Positions 33,981-47,769 of a stretch of 64,000 nucleotides of DNA are shown here, piece after piece; the stretch's first letter is position 1; each line of letters starts with the position of its first letter. The stretch comes from an uncultured Gemmatimonadales bacterium (GTDB lineage Bacteria; Gemmatimonadota; Gemmatimonadetes; Gemmatimonadales; Gemmatimonadaceae): contig CAWKNZ010000002.1 in the NCBI GenBank assembly GCA_963851265.1, forward strand, positions 1,312,001 to 1,376,000. Reading direction: 5' to 3'. Below the pieces are notes generated by a model that made no database searches, was not told the origin of the DNA, and saw only the letters and a program-made list of their open reading frames with translations. A program made the position numbers and the translations under genes.

Positions 33981-34586
33981 ATGGGCGCACTTCTCCGCTG
34001 GCTCGGCGGTCTGCCGACCGGCGGTCTGTACGCCGTCGCGAGCGCGTCGGCCGCCGTCGAAAACGTCTTCCCACCGCTGCCTTCGGACGTCGTCGTCGCG
34101 TTCGCGGCCTTCGCGTCGGCGCGCGGCCGAGGGAGCGTGGCCGCGGTGTTCGCCGCCGTGCTCGCGGGGAACGTGGCCGGGGCGATGCTGATGTACGCGG
34201 CCGGCAAGCGGTACGGCACGAGTCGCGCCCTCCGCCGGTTCGCGGGCGCCGGGACGCACGAGGCGCGGCTCCGCGCGTGGTACGCGCGGTACGGCGTTGC
34301 GGCCATCGCGGCGAGTCGCGTGCTGCCGGGCGTGCGCGCGGTCGTGCCGCCGGTCGCAGGCGCGTTAGGCATCGGCGCGGTGCGCGCGGCCGTCGCGATC
34401 GCGATTCCGTCGGCCCTCTGGTACGCCGCGCTCGTTTACCTCGCGTTCTCCGTCGGCGGTGACTTCGACGCGTTGACCACGCGCATCCGGTCGGCCGAGC
34501 GCTGGCTGGCGCTCGCCGCGGCGCTCATCATCGCCGCGGTCGCGGTCGCGTGGTGGCGCGGGCGTCGAGCGGGTACGTCGCGGTGA
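33981..34586 (+). CDS. DedA-family membrane protein
   Basis: ENVFPPLPSD, GNVAGA...YAAG, SRVLPGVRA. Confidence 0.88.
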   Translation: MGALLRWLGGLPTGGLYAVASASAAVENVFPPLPSDVVVAFAAFASARGRGSVAAVFAAVLAGNVAGAMLMYAAGKRYGTSRALRRFAGAGTHEARLRAWYARYGVAAIAASRVLPGVRAVVPPVAGALGIGAVRAAVAIAIPSALWYAALVYLAFSVGGDFDALTTRIRSAERWLALAAALIIAAVAVAWWRGRRAGTSR

Positions 34587-35533
34587 GTGGGCCGCCGCGC
34601 GGTCTGCCCGGCGACGCAGGCGCGGGAGTGCCGGACGACGCGGCGCGCGCGTTCCGGCTCGAGCAGTTTCACGACTACCTCGCGGTGGAACGCGGATCGG
34701 CGAACAACACGCAGCTGGCGTACGCGCGTGACGTCGCACGGTTCGTCACGTACGCCGCGGTCGCGGGCGTGCCCGGTCCCGACCGCGTGTCGCCGCGCAC
34801 CCTGCGTGAGTTCGTCTACCACCTGAAGGACCTGGGCCTGGCGCCCGCGTCGATTCGCCGCAGCATCAGCGCGATTCGCACCTACTACCGCTTTCTGCTC
34901 GACGACGGGCACGTGCGGGAGGACCCGAGCGAGCGACTCGAAGCTCCCGCACGGTGGCAGACGCTGCCCGAGGTCCTGAGCGTCGCCGACGTCGAACGCC
35001 TGCTCGCCGCCCCGTCACTCGACGACCGCTTCGCGTTTCGCGACCGGGCCATGCTGGAGCTCGCGTACGGGGCGGGCCTCCGCGTGTCTGAATGGATCGG
35101 CATCGGCGTACGCGACGTCCGATTCGACGAGCAGCTCCTCCGCGTGTTCGGGAAGGGATCCAAGGAACGCCTCGTCCCGATCGGGCGCGCGGCGATCGGC
35201 GCGACCGCGGTCTACCTGCGGGAGCTGCGCCCGAAGCTGGAGCGCGGTGAGGGGAAGGGGGTACTCCTGCTGAACGCGCGCGGCGAGCCGCTGACGCGCA
35301 TGGGTGCGTGGAAGATCCTGCGTAAGCACGTCGAGACCGCGGGGATCACGGCGCACGTCACGCCGCACACGCTCCGGCACAGCTTCGCGACGCACCTGCT
35401 CGAGGGCGGCGCGGACCTCCGGGCCGTTCAGGAGATGCTCGGGCATGCGAGCATCGCGACGACGCAGATCTACACGCACGTCGACCGCGAGTACCTTCGC
35501 GGCGTCCACCGCCAGTATCATCCACGCGCGTAG
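34583..35533 (+). CDS. xerD: Tyrosine recombinase XerD
   Basis: AGLRVSE, GKGSKERLVP, PHTLRHSFATHLLEGGADLRAVQEMLGHASIATTQIYTH, C-terminal HPRA. Confidence 0.9.
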   Translation: MSGPPRGLPGDAGAGVPDDAARAFRLEQFHDYLAVERGSANNTQLAYARDVARFVTYAAVAGVPGPDRVSPRTLREFVYHLKDLGLAPASIRRSISAIRTYYRFLLDDGHVREDPSERLEAPARWQTLPEVLSVADVERLLAAPSLDDRFAFRDRAMLELAYGAGLRVSEWIGIGVRDVRFDEQLLRVFGKGSKERLVPIGRAAIGATAVYLRELRPKLERGEGKGVLLLNARGEPLTRMGAWKILRKHVETAGITAHVTPHTLRHSFATHLLEGGADLRAVQEMLGHASIATTQIYTHVDREYLRGVHRQYHPRA

Positions 35534-35584
35534 CACGCCGCGCGCGCACGCCTCACTTCCACCGCACGCCGCAGCACCGCCGCG

Positions 35585-36214
<630 letters not shown>

Positions 36215-36259
36215 CCGCCACGTCGGCGGCACGCGCGAACGTTCCACCGACCTGACGCC

Positions 36260-37843
36260 ATGCAATCCCGTCCTCCCCGTCGTCGAACTCGCGCCCGCTG
36301 TGCCGCATTAGCCGGCATCGCGGCGCACCTCGTGATGGTCGCGCCGGCGCGCGCCCAGCGCGCGACGCCGGACACGCTGGGACAGGGCGTGATTCAGAGC
36401 GCCGAGGCGTCGGGTCGCGTGGTCGTCGTCGGCGGCGCGGGGCCTGGCATCGCTGGGCGGAGCGTGGAAGCAGTGCTCGCGCGTCCGCACCTCGTCATCG
36501 TCGCGCCGGACACCGGCCTCACACTCGGTCGCGACGCGCGCATCGACCGCGCCGTCGTGGTCATCGGAGGTCCGCTGCACCTCGCCGGGCACGTGAAGGG
36601 CGACGTCGTGGCGTTCGGCGACGTGTTCTTGCGGCCCGGCGCGGAGGTCGGTGGACGCGTCATCGCGGTCGGCGGTGGCGTGTACGGGTCGATGCTCGCG
36701 CTCGTCCGCGGCGACGTGCTCGCGTATCCCGACCTGGCGGTCACGCTTCGCCAGGACGGAACGCGAACCGTCGCGACGATCACGCGCGGGCCGGCGAAGC
36801 CCGTTCCCGCGGTGCACCTGCCCGGGGTCGTCGGGCTTCGCGTGCCGACGTACGACCGCATCGACGGCCTGTCCGTCGCGTTCGGTCCCGAGGTGGCGTT
36901 CGACACCGGGCGCGTTCGGATCGACCCGACGGTCACGTATCGCAGCCATCTCGGAACGCTCGACATCGGCGCGCGTGGGCGCGCGGAACTCGGCTCGCGC
37001 GTGGTGGTCGACGGCTACGCCGAGCGCGGGACGTTCACCAACGACCGGTGGATCCGCCCCGACTTCACCAACTCGCTGTCCTCGATCGGGAGCGGCGAGG
37101 ACGTTCGGAACTACTATCGCGCGACGCGCTTCGAGGCGACCGTGGGCCGCCGATTCGACGCGTCGGCCGGCGTGTTCGAGCCGTACGTGGGCGCGCTCAC
37201 CGAAGCCTCGCAGTCGGTCGCTCGCGATACCGGAAGCACGTCGTATCCGTGGAGCCTGTTCTCGCGCCGTTCGCTCGAGGGCTCGCGTCGCGCCAACCCC
37301 ACGGTCACGGGCGGACGGATCACGTCGGCGCTCGTCGGTGGCCGCTACGTCTTCGAGCGCGCGCGCATCATCGGCCGGGCCGGCGCGCGCGTGGAGCGGG
37401 CGCTCGGCGTTTCGCGCGGCGAACAGTTCACGCAGGTCACGCTCGACGCCGCACTCACGCTGCCGACGAAAGACGAGCACCTGTTCGAGTTCCTCGCGCA
37501 CGGCGTCGCGACCTCCGGCGGCGTGGGCGTGCCCTCGCAGCGCTACTCGTACCTCGGCGGCAGCGGGACCATCCCGTCGCTCTTCCTGCTCGCGGAGGGC
37601 GGGACGGAACTCGCGTGGGCGGAGGCGCGCTACACGGTGCCGGTGCACGCGGTCCACGTGCCCTTCGGCGTGCCGACGTTGACCGCGCGCGCGATCGCGG
37701 GGAGTGCGGGCGTGAACACGCTGCCCGGCCTCACACCCAACCTCGGACTGCGCGCGGCCGTGTCGATCCTGCGGGCCGACTTCGTGTTCGACCCGCGAGG
37801 GCGCGGGCGGCGGGTGTTCGGGCTCGGCGTCGGGCTGCGTTAG
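36260..37843 (+). CDS. Secreted/outer-membrane protein: beta-helix-like N-terminal repeats plus probable beta-barrel
   Basis: Signal-like N-terminus (APARAQ); V/G-rich repeats (VVVIGG, VKGDVVAFGD, VGGRVIAVGG); alternating hydrophobic strands ending VFGLGVGLR. Confidence 0.6.
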   Translation: MQSRPPRRRTRARCAALAGIAAHLVMVAPARAQRATPDTLGQGVIQSAEASGRVVVVGGAGPGIAGRSVEAVLARPHLVIVAPDTGLTLGRDARIDRAVVVIGGPLHLAGHVKGDVVAFGDVFLRPGAEVGGRVIAVGGGVYGSMLALVRGDVLAYPDLAVTLRQDGTRTVATITRGPAKPVPAVHLPGVVGLRVPTYDRIDGLSVAFGPEVAFDTGRVRIDPTVTYRSHLGTLDIGARGRAELGSRVVVDGYAERGTFTNDRWIRPDFTNSLSSIGSGEDVRNYYRATRFEATVGRRFDASAGVFEPYVGALTEASQSVARDTGSTSYPWSLFSRRSLEGSRRANPTVTGGRITSALVGGRYVFERARIIGRAGARVERALGVSRGEQFTQVTLDAALTLPTKDEHLFEFLAHGVATSGGVGVPSQRYSYLGGSGTIPSLFLLAEGGTELAWAEARYTVPVHAVHVPFGVPTLTARAIAGSAGVNTLPGLTPNLGLRAAVSILRADFVFDPRGRGRRVFGLGVGLR

Positions 37844-38802
37844 GCGGACGGTCCGACGTCGGTCTTCGCGGCGCGCGCCGGCGCCGGGAACGCCAGCGAC
37901 GCGAGCGTGGCGACCGCGAGCACCCCGATCACGACTCCGAGCGACGCGAACGTCGGGACTTCCCACACGCCGGCGGCGAGCATCTTCGCGCCGAGCAGCG
38001 CGAGCACCACGGCGAGGCCGACGTTGAGAAAGCGCAAGCGAGCCAGCGCGCCGGCGAGCAGGCCGTACAGCGAACGGAGCCCGAGTACGGCGAACGCGTT
38101 CGACGTGTAGACGATGAACGGGTCGCGCGTGACGCCGAAGACGGCGGGGATCGAATCGACCGCGAACACGAGGTCCATGGCCTCGACCAGCACGAGGACG
38201 ACGAGGAGTGGCGTCGCCGCGCGCCGGACGGAGCCGTCGGGTAGGCGTTCGCGCACGAACAATCGCGCGCCGACGAAGTCGCGCGTGACCGGCACGCACC
38301 GCCTAACACCACGGAGCACCGGACTGCGCGCCGGATCGAACGGCGCGTCGTCGCCCTTCACCGCGAGACGCGCTCCTGTCGCGACGAGGAACGCGCCGAA
38401 GACGTAGGTGATCCACGCGAATTTCGCGATCAGGACCACGCCGGCCGCGATCACCGCGCCGCGCAGCGCGAGGGCGCCGACGATGCCCCACAACAGCACG
38501 CGGCGCTGCAACTCGGCCGGAACGCGGAAAACGGTGAAGATCAGGAGGAAGACGAAGAGGTTGTCGACGGACAGCGCCTGTTCGACGACGTACCCAGTCG
38601 CGAACTCCACGCCGGCGCCCGGCCCCTTCCTGAGGGCGACGGCCGTCCCGAAGCCCGCGGCAGCGCAGACCCATGCCGCGCTCCAGAGCGCGGACGCGCG
38701 CATGGGCCGCGGGCGCGCGCGCGGCGCGGGGAACGCGAGGTCGGCCGCGAGCATCCCGAGCACCAGCGCGCCGAACGCGGCCCAGAGCCACGGCAAGCTC
38801 AT
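37840..38802 (-). CDS. TerC/Alx family membrane protein
   Basis: EQALSVDNLFVF, QRRVLLWGIVGAL, DLVFAVDSIPA, TSNAFAVLGLRSLY. Confidence 0.93.
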   Translation of the reverse strand: MSLPWLWAAFGALVLGMLAADLAFPAPRARPRPMRASALWSAAWVCAAAGFGTAVALRKGPGAGVEFATGYVVEQALSVDNLFVFLLIFTVFRVPAELQRRVLLWGIVGALALRGAVIAAGVVLIAKFAWITYVFGAFLVATGARLAVKGDDAPFDPARSPVLRGVRRCVPVTRDFVGARLFVRERLPDGSVRRAATPLLVVLVLVEAMDLVFAVDSIPAVFGVTRDPFIVYTSNAFAVLGLRSLYGLLAGALARLRFLNVGLAVVLALLGAKMLAAGVWEVPTFASLGVVIGVLAVATLASLAFPAPARAAKTDVGPSA

Positions 38803-38869
38803 CGCGCGAAGCTAAGCGCCGCGCGCGGCGCCGCACGATTGTCCCCATCGGTCCAACGTGTTACGTTAC

Positions 38870-38884
38870 TGGCGTGAAATTTGC
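38870..38884 (+). promoter_or_regulatory. Putative sigma54 (-24/-12) promoter of the kdsB...rpoN operon
   Basis: TGGCGTGAAATTTGC has exact GG-N10-GC spacing with TGGC and TTGC blocks; 21 nt before the kdsB GTG. Confidence 0.55.
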
Positions 38885-38905
38885 GTCCGCGCACCGCCCT
38901 CGCTC

Positions 38906-42331
<3,426 letters not shown>

Positions 42332-42335
<4 letters not shown>

Positions 42336-42922
42336 CGGTGGACCGGTCCGCGATCGACCCCGTCGCGGCGCGGCGCGTGCGCTGGGTCGGCTTCGACGTC
42401 GACGGCGTGCTCACGGACGGCGGCGTTTACCTCGGCGACGTCGCCGGACGCGCGCTCGAGTTCAAGCGCTACGACATCCAGGACGGGCTCGGCGTGCTGC
42501 TCCTCCGCATGGCGGGGCTCAAGGTCGGCATCGTCACCGGGCGCGTGAGCGAGAGCGTGCGGCTGCGAGCCGCCGAACTCGGCGCCGACGACCTCGTGCA
42601 GGACCCGCGCGCGCGGAAGCTGACGGCGCTGCGCGAGATCGCGGCGAAGCACGGCATCGGCCTCGACGAGATGGCCTTCGTCGGCGACGACCTGCCCGAC
42701 GTGCCGGCGCTGCGGGCGGTCGGGGTCAGCGCGGTGGTCGAGAACGCGACCCCCGACGCGCGACGTGAAGGGCAGGTGCAGCTGACGCGCGCCGGTGGCG
42801 CCGGGGCGGTGCGCGAGTTCGCCGAGTTGCTGCTCCGCGCCCGGGGCGAGTGGGACGTGCTCGTCGCCCGCTACGTCGACGGGCGGACCGCCGACGTCGA
42901 GCCGGTCGGAGTCGGCGCGTGA
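42332..42922 (+). CDS. kdsC: KDO-8-phosphate phosphatase (HAD family)
   Basis: DVDGVLTDG, GDDLPD, GGAGAVREF. Confidence 0.94.
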
Positions 42923-43971
42923 CCGCGACCGCGCCCCTGCTCGACGACGTGACGCGCGCCCCGGCGCCGGTCCAGCGCGCGCCCGACGACGGGCGCGTTG
43001 AGCCGCTCGACGACGGCGTGCTCGTCGCGATCGGCCGACGCGTGCTGACCGCGGAGGCCGAAGCAGTGCACGCCGCGGCGGCGCGGCTCGACGCGTCGTT
43101 CGCGCGCGCGGTCCGCCTGCTCGCGCGGGCGCGCGGGCGGGTGATCGTGAGCGGCGTCGGCAAGTCGGGCCATGTCGCGCGCAAGATCGCGGCGACGCTC
43201 ACGTCGACCGGTACCGCGGCGAGCTTCCTCCACCCAGTGGAAGGGCTGCACGGCGACCTCGGCATCGCCGGACCCGACGACGTCGCGGTGCTCCTCTCGA
43301 AGAGCGGCGAGACGGCCGAGCTCCTCCCACTCCTCGACCAGCTCGAGCGATTCGGCGTCCGGACCGTGGCCGTGGTCGGCCGCCTCGATTCGACGTTAGG
43401 CAGGCACTGCGACGTCGCGCTCGACGCCGGCGTGCTCGAGGAGGCGTGTCCGCACGACCTGGCCCCGACGACGAGCACGACGGTGGCGCTCGCCGTCGGC
43501 GACGCGCTCGCCGTCGCGCTACTCCAGGCGAAGGGATTCCGCCGCGAGGACTTCGCGCGGCTGCATCCGGGCGGCGCGCTCGGGCGGCGCCTGCTCACGC
43601 GCGTTGCCGACGTCATGCTCGCAAACGACCTGCCGACGTTGCCGGCGGACGGGACGATGCGCGCGGCGGTCGTGACCCTGTCGCGCGGGCGCGGAATTGC
43701 CGCAGTGGTCGACGCGGGCGCGCACGTCGTGGGCGTGCTCACGAGCGGCGACCTCACACGGCTGGTCGAGCGCGTCGAATCGTTTGCGGACGTGCCAGTC
43801 GCGTCGGTCATGAATCGGACGCCCAAGACGGCGCGTGCCGACGAGTTCGGGAGTGCGGTCGTCTACCGGATGGAGCGGTTCGGGATCATCTCGATGCCCG
43901 TGGTCGACGACGAGGGCCGGATCGCCGGCGTCGTGCACCTGCACGACCTGCTGCGGGCGGGCGCCGCGTGA
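42919..43971 (+). CDS. kdsD: Arabinose-5-phosphate isomerase (KpsF/GutQ, SIS+CBS)
   Basis: GVGKSGHVARKIAAT, HGDLG, SKSGET, APTTST, HPGGALG. Confidence 0.95.
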   Translation: MTATAPLLDDVTRAPAPVQRAPDDGRVEPLDDGVLVAIGRRVLTAEAEAVHAAAARLDASFARAVRLLARARGRVIVSGVGKSGHVARKIAATLTSTGTAASFLHPVEGLHGDLGIAGPDDVAVLLSKSGETAELLPLLDQLERFGVRTVAVVGRLDSTLGRHCDVALDAGVLEEACPHDLAPTTSTTVALAVGDALAVALLQAKGFRREDFARLHPGGALGRRLLTRVADVMLANDLPTLPADGTMRAAVVTLSRGRGIAAVVDAGAHVVGVLTSGDLTRLVERVESFADVPVASVMNRTPKTARADEFGSAVVYRMERFGIISMPVVDDEGRIAGVVHLHDLLRAGAA

Positions 43972-44696
43972 GCGCGCGTCGTCGCGTCCTCGTGGCGCTG
44001 CCGGCCGTGGTCGTTGTCTGCGCGGCCGCGGCGTGCAACGCGAAGGGGCCGACCTCGCTGGTCGCGAGCCGAGCGCTCCCCGATTCGGCGGAGCAGGTGA
44101 TGTTCGGCCTCAAATTGCAGCAAACGAACGCCGGCGTGCGGAAGTCCGTGCTTTTCGCGGACACCGGATTCTTCTACAACGACAACACGCTCGTCGATCT
44201 CCGGCGCGTCCGCCTCGTGTTCTTCTCGAACGCGGGCGACTCGAACGCGGTGATGACCGGCCGCACGGGCCGCTACGACACGCGCACACAGCGCGTCGAG
44301 GGCTGGGGCGACGTGATCGTGACGAGCACCGACGGGCGCCGCCTCACCTCGCCGCATCTGGTGTATGAACGCGGCGTGAACCAGATCTCGAGCGACACGA
44401 GCTTCACGTTCACCGAGCCGGGGCGCACGCTCGCGGGGATCGGTTTCCGGTCGGACCCGCAGCTGCGAAACGTGCAGGTGCTCAAGAGCGCGCGCGGACG
44501 AACCGTGCTGCCGCCGTCGTCCGAATCGCCCGCGGGCGCGCGCGCGTCCGGTGCGGGCGTGCCGTCGTCGAGTCCGGGTGCTCCGGTCAGCGCGCCCGTG
44601 GGCGCGCCGGGTGCGGGCGCCGGTGTGGTTCCGAACACCCCGCCTGCTGCGGCACCGCCCGCGGCGGGTCCGCCGCCGTCCTCGGCACCGCGCTGA
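43968..44696 (+). CDS. lptC: LptC-like LPS export periplasmic protein (probable lipoprotein)
   Basis: Position after kdsD/kdsC; hydrophobic leader ending AAAC; beta-jellyroll-like body (GDVIVTS...ISSDTSF...GIGF); Pro/Ala tail. Confidence 0.72.
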   Translation: MSARRRVLVALPAVVVVCAAAACNAKGPTSLVASRALPDSAEQVMFGLKLQQTNAGVRKSVLFADTGFFYNDNTLVDLRRVRLVFFSNAGDSNAVMTGRTGRYDTRTQRVEGWGDVIVTSTDGRRLTSPHLVYERGVNQISSDTSFTFTEPGRTLAGIGFRSDPQLRNVQVLKSARGRTVLPPSSESPAGARASGAGVPSSSPGAPVSAPVGAPGAGAGVVPNTPPAAAPPAAGPPPSSAPR

Positions 44697-44698
44697 CG

Positions 44699-46528
44699 AT
44701 GACGGCCGTTCCGATCGCCGAGGCAGGCCGCGCGACCGCGACACGCGCGCGCGGCCGCGCGCTGTTCGCGATCGCGGCGCTCACTGCTGCCGCAGCGGCG
44801 TGTGGCGGTCGTGCGCCGCGTAACGCGCCGGCGCCGGCCGGTGCAACGAACGCACGCACTGACAGCGCGCGACGCGACACCGGCGCGGTGCTCGCGCGCA
44901 TCGACAGCGCGGGGGCTGCGGTGTCGCCGATCGACGGCGCGCGACCGGTGACCGAGGCGACGCCCGCGGCTCGCGCCCGACGGACGTCGGCGCCACGCCA
45001 GCGCGCGAACGCGGGTCCGGCCGCGCAGTGTCGCGTCGTCAACTTCTACGACGACCCGCCCACGGCACGCCTCAACAGCATCAAGGACGCGCTCAACCAG
45101 AACATCGTCTACGTGGGCGGCGGCGCGGTCGCGAGGTGCGAGGGCGTCAACAACCGCCTCTCGGCCGACAGCGCCGAGTACTATCAGGCCGCCGGGCTGC
45201 TGGTCCTCATCGGCAACGTCGTATACGACGAGCCGGCCCGCGCGCACATGACGGCGTTGCGCACGACGTACTACACGCGCGAGGAGCGGATCGTCGCCGA
45301 GGGGAACGTCGTCGTCACGCTCCCGAGCGGCACGAAGATGATCGGGCCCAACGCCGAGTACCTGCGTCCGGTCCCCCCCATCCGCCTGTCCAGCCGGCTG
45401 ACCGCGACCGGACGGCCGACCGTGCGACTCGTCGGGACGGGGGAAGATCAGGACGCGCGCCCGGCCGCGCGCGGCGGCGCGCGCGGGGGCGCCGCGCCGC
45501 GCCCCGACACGTCGGTGACGGTCATCGTATCGAACACGATCCTCGACGAAGCCGACAGCGTCGTTTACGCCGGCGGGGACGTCGACATCACGCGCAGCGA
45601 CGTCGTCGCGAACTCGGACTCCGCGGTGTTCGAACAGGAGAGCGAGACGGCGCACCTGATCCGGAACGCGCGCATCCGCGGCACCCGCGGGCGACCGTTC
45701 ACTCTCACTGGCGCGCTCGTCGACCTGTTCACCCGCGAACGTCAGCTCGCGCGCGTGTTCGCGCGGCGCGACGCGCACGTGACCAGCGACAGTCTCACGC
45801 TCACCTCCGACACCGTGGACCTGCGCCTCACGGCCGGTCTCATGGACCGCGCGTTCGCGTGGGGCCCGACGCGCGCTACGGCCGTCGCACCAGACCGCGA
45901 CCTGATCGCCGACTCGATCGCGGCCTACCTGCCGCGGCAGCGCGTGCGCGAGATCCACGCACTCCGCAAGGCGGTCGCCCGATCGGTCCCCGACACGGCC
46001 AAGCTCCGCTCCACGGAACGCGACGTGCTTCGCGGCGATACGATCGTGGCCCGCTTCGACACGCTCGCGGCCCAGCGCGACACGACGCGCACGCCGCCCG
46101 TCCGGCAGCTCGTCGCCGTAGGGAGCGCGACGGCCTTCAACCAGCTCGCGTCGAGCGAAGGACGCGAGGGGCGGCCGTCGCTCAACTACGTCCGCGGTCG
46201 CACGATCACGGTCGACCTCGACAGTGGTCTGGTGCGCGAGGTGATCGTGGTCGGCCGGTCCGACGGCGTGTATCTCGAACCCGCAGACTCCACGCACAAC
46301 GACAGCACGTCGCCGGCGCGCCGACCCGCGGGCCGGGGCGGCTCCGCGACTGGGCCCGCGCGTCCGGCGCGGGGCCCGCATGGGCCTAACGTCGCGACCG
46401 ACGCCGACGCGGATCCGGCACGAGACGAGCGCGTCCCCGGGACCGCCCCGGCGTTGGACGTGCGGCGGCGTGCGCTCGTCGGGCGAGCGCCCCACGCCCC
46501 GAGCGCTCGCAGTGGGGGAGACGCGTGA
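44699..46528 (+). CDS. Large OstA/LptA-like beta-jellyroll protein (probable lipoprotein)
   Basis: Sits between lptC and lptB; repeated xADSAxY / GNVV / SDSAVF / SDTVD / GDTI strands; leader ending AAACGG. Confidence 0.65.
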   Translation: MTAVPIAEAGRATATRARGRALFAIAALTAAAAACGGRAPRNAPAPAGATNARTDSARRDTGAVLARIDSAGAAVSPIDGARPVTEATPAARARRTSAPRQRANAGPAAQCRVVNFYDDPPTARLNSIKDALNQNIVYVGGGAVARCEGVNNRLSADSAEYYQAAGLLVLIGNVVYDEPARAHMTALRTTYYTREERIVAEGNVVVTLPSGTKMIGPNAEYLRPVPPIRLSSRLTATGRPTVRLVGTGEDQDARPAARGGARGGAAPRPDTSVTVIVSNTILDEADSVVYAGGDVDITRSDVVANSDSAVFEQESETAHLIRNARIRGTRGRPFTLTGALVDLFTRERQLARVFARRDAHVTSDSLTLTSDTVDLRLTAGLMDRAFAWGPTRATAVAPDRDLIADSIAAYLPRQRVREIHALRKAVARSVPDTAKLRSTERDVLRGDTIVARFDTLAAQRDTTRTPPVRQLVAVGSATAFNQLASSEGREGRPSLNYVRGRTITVDLDSGLVREVIVVGRSDGVYLEPADSTHNDSTSPARRPAGRGGSATGPARPARGPHGPNVATDADADPARDERVPGTAPALDVRRRALVGRAPHAPSARSGGDA

Positions 46529-47769
46529 CCGACGTGGTCTCGCCGCTCCGGCCCGACGCGATCGCGCTCCGCGATCTGCTCGAGAACCTCAGCGCCGGCG
46601 ACCGCTCGGCCGCCCTCGCGCTGCACGCCGTCCTGCACGAGGCCGACGACCGCGGGACCGCGTCGTTCGACGCCGTCGCACGCTGCTACTGGGACGATTA
46701 CCTCGCGGCGGTCCGGCACGACGGGCGCGATTCGGCCAGCGAAGCCGGCCGCCTCAGCCTCGACGAGGTCCGCGACCACCTCGGCGCGTCGGTGCTGCCG
46801 CGGCTCGCGGCGCGGGGTGTCATCACGCTGGACTTCGGCGCCGAGGGCGGCGCGGGCGTGTCGCGCGTCCGCATCCAGGACGCGCTCTGGCAGGAGGTCG
46901 CCCCCCGGCGCGCCGGCGTCGAGGCGGCGCTGCAGCAGACGGGCGAGCACCGCGTACCGGCGCCGCGCGGACCGATGCCCGCCGCCGTGGGTGACGGGTC
47001 GCCCGCGACCGGGAGCCGACTCGCGGCAGAGGGACTCGTGAAGGTGTACCGTCGCCGACGCGTCGTGAACGACGTCGCGCTCGAGCTCCGACAGGGTGAG
47101 ATCGTCGGCCTGCTCGGGCCCAACGGGGCGGGGAAGACGACGACGTTCTACATGATCGTCGGCCTCATCGAGCCCGACGCGGGGCGCATCACGCTCGACG
47201 GCGCGGACGTCACCTCGATGCCGATGTACAAGCGCGCGCGCCGCGGCGTCGGGTATCTCTCGCAGGAGCCGTCGATTTTTCGGAAGCTGAGCGTCGAGCA
47301 GAACATTCTCGCGATCCTCGAGACGCTCGACATTCCGAAGCGCGAACGCGACGAGCGACTCGAGGGGTTGCTCGACGAGCTCAGCATCCGGCACTTACGG
47401 CACAGCAAGGCGTACCAGCTGTCGGGCGGCGAGCGACGCCGGCTCGAGATCACGCGCGCGCTCGTCACGCGCCCCAAATTCATGATGCTGGACGAGCCGT
47501 TCGCCGGAGTCGATCCGATCGCGGTGCACGACATCCAGACTATCGTGGCCGGGCTGCGCCACCGCGGCATCGGCGTGCTCATCAGCGACCACAACGTCGA
47601 GCAGACGCTCGACATCGTGGACCGCGCATACATCATGTTCGACGGGCAGGTCAAGGTGGGTGGCCCCGTCCGAGACCTCGTGTTCGACGACACGGTGGCC
47701 GACATCTACCTCGGCCCGACCCTCACGGCGCGCCTCCGCGCGCGCTTTTCAGCGGACGGATCCCAATGA
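46525..47769 (+). CDS. lptB: LPS export ABC ATPase LptB with long N-terminal extension
   Basis: [53 protein letters not shown] coupling to the upstream gene. Confidence 0.93.
   Translation: MTDVVSPLRPDAIALRDLLENLSAGDRSAALALHAVLHEADDRGTASFDAVARCYWDDYLAAVRHDGRDSASEAGRLSLDEVRDHLGASVLPRLAARGVITLDFGAEGGAGVSRVRIQDALWQEVAPRRAGVEAALQQTGEHRVPAPRGPMPAAVGDGSPATGSRLAAEGLVKVYRRRRVVNDVALELRQGEIVGLLGPNGAGKTTTFYMIVGLIEPDAGRITLDGADVTSMPMYKRARRGVGYLSQEPSIFRKLSVEQNILAILETLDIPKRERDERLEGLLDELSIRHLRHSKAYQLSGGERRRLEITRALVTRPKFMMLDEPFAGVDPIAVHDIQTIVAGLRHRGIGVLISDHNVEQTLDIVDRAYIMFDGQVKVGGPVRDLVFDDTVADIYLGPTLTARLRARFSADGSQ

Noticed and set aside
34583..35533. Tyrosine recombinase as a phage/ICE/integron integrase
   Set aside because: Housekeeping XerD signature (LLEGGADLRAVQEMLGH, terminal HPRA), translationally coupled in a core operon, no att repeats or cargo, and a dif site is nearby.
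44500..44696. Pro/Ala/Gly-rich tails (LptC-like, also KdsB and SdhC) as separate domains or frameshifts
   Set aside because: Low-complexity extensions are common in high-GC genomes; frames stay intact and end at or near the next gene's start.
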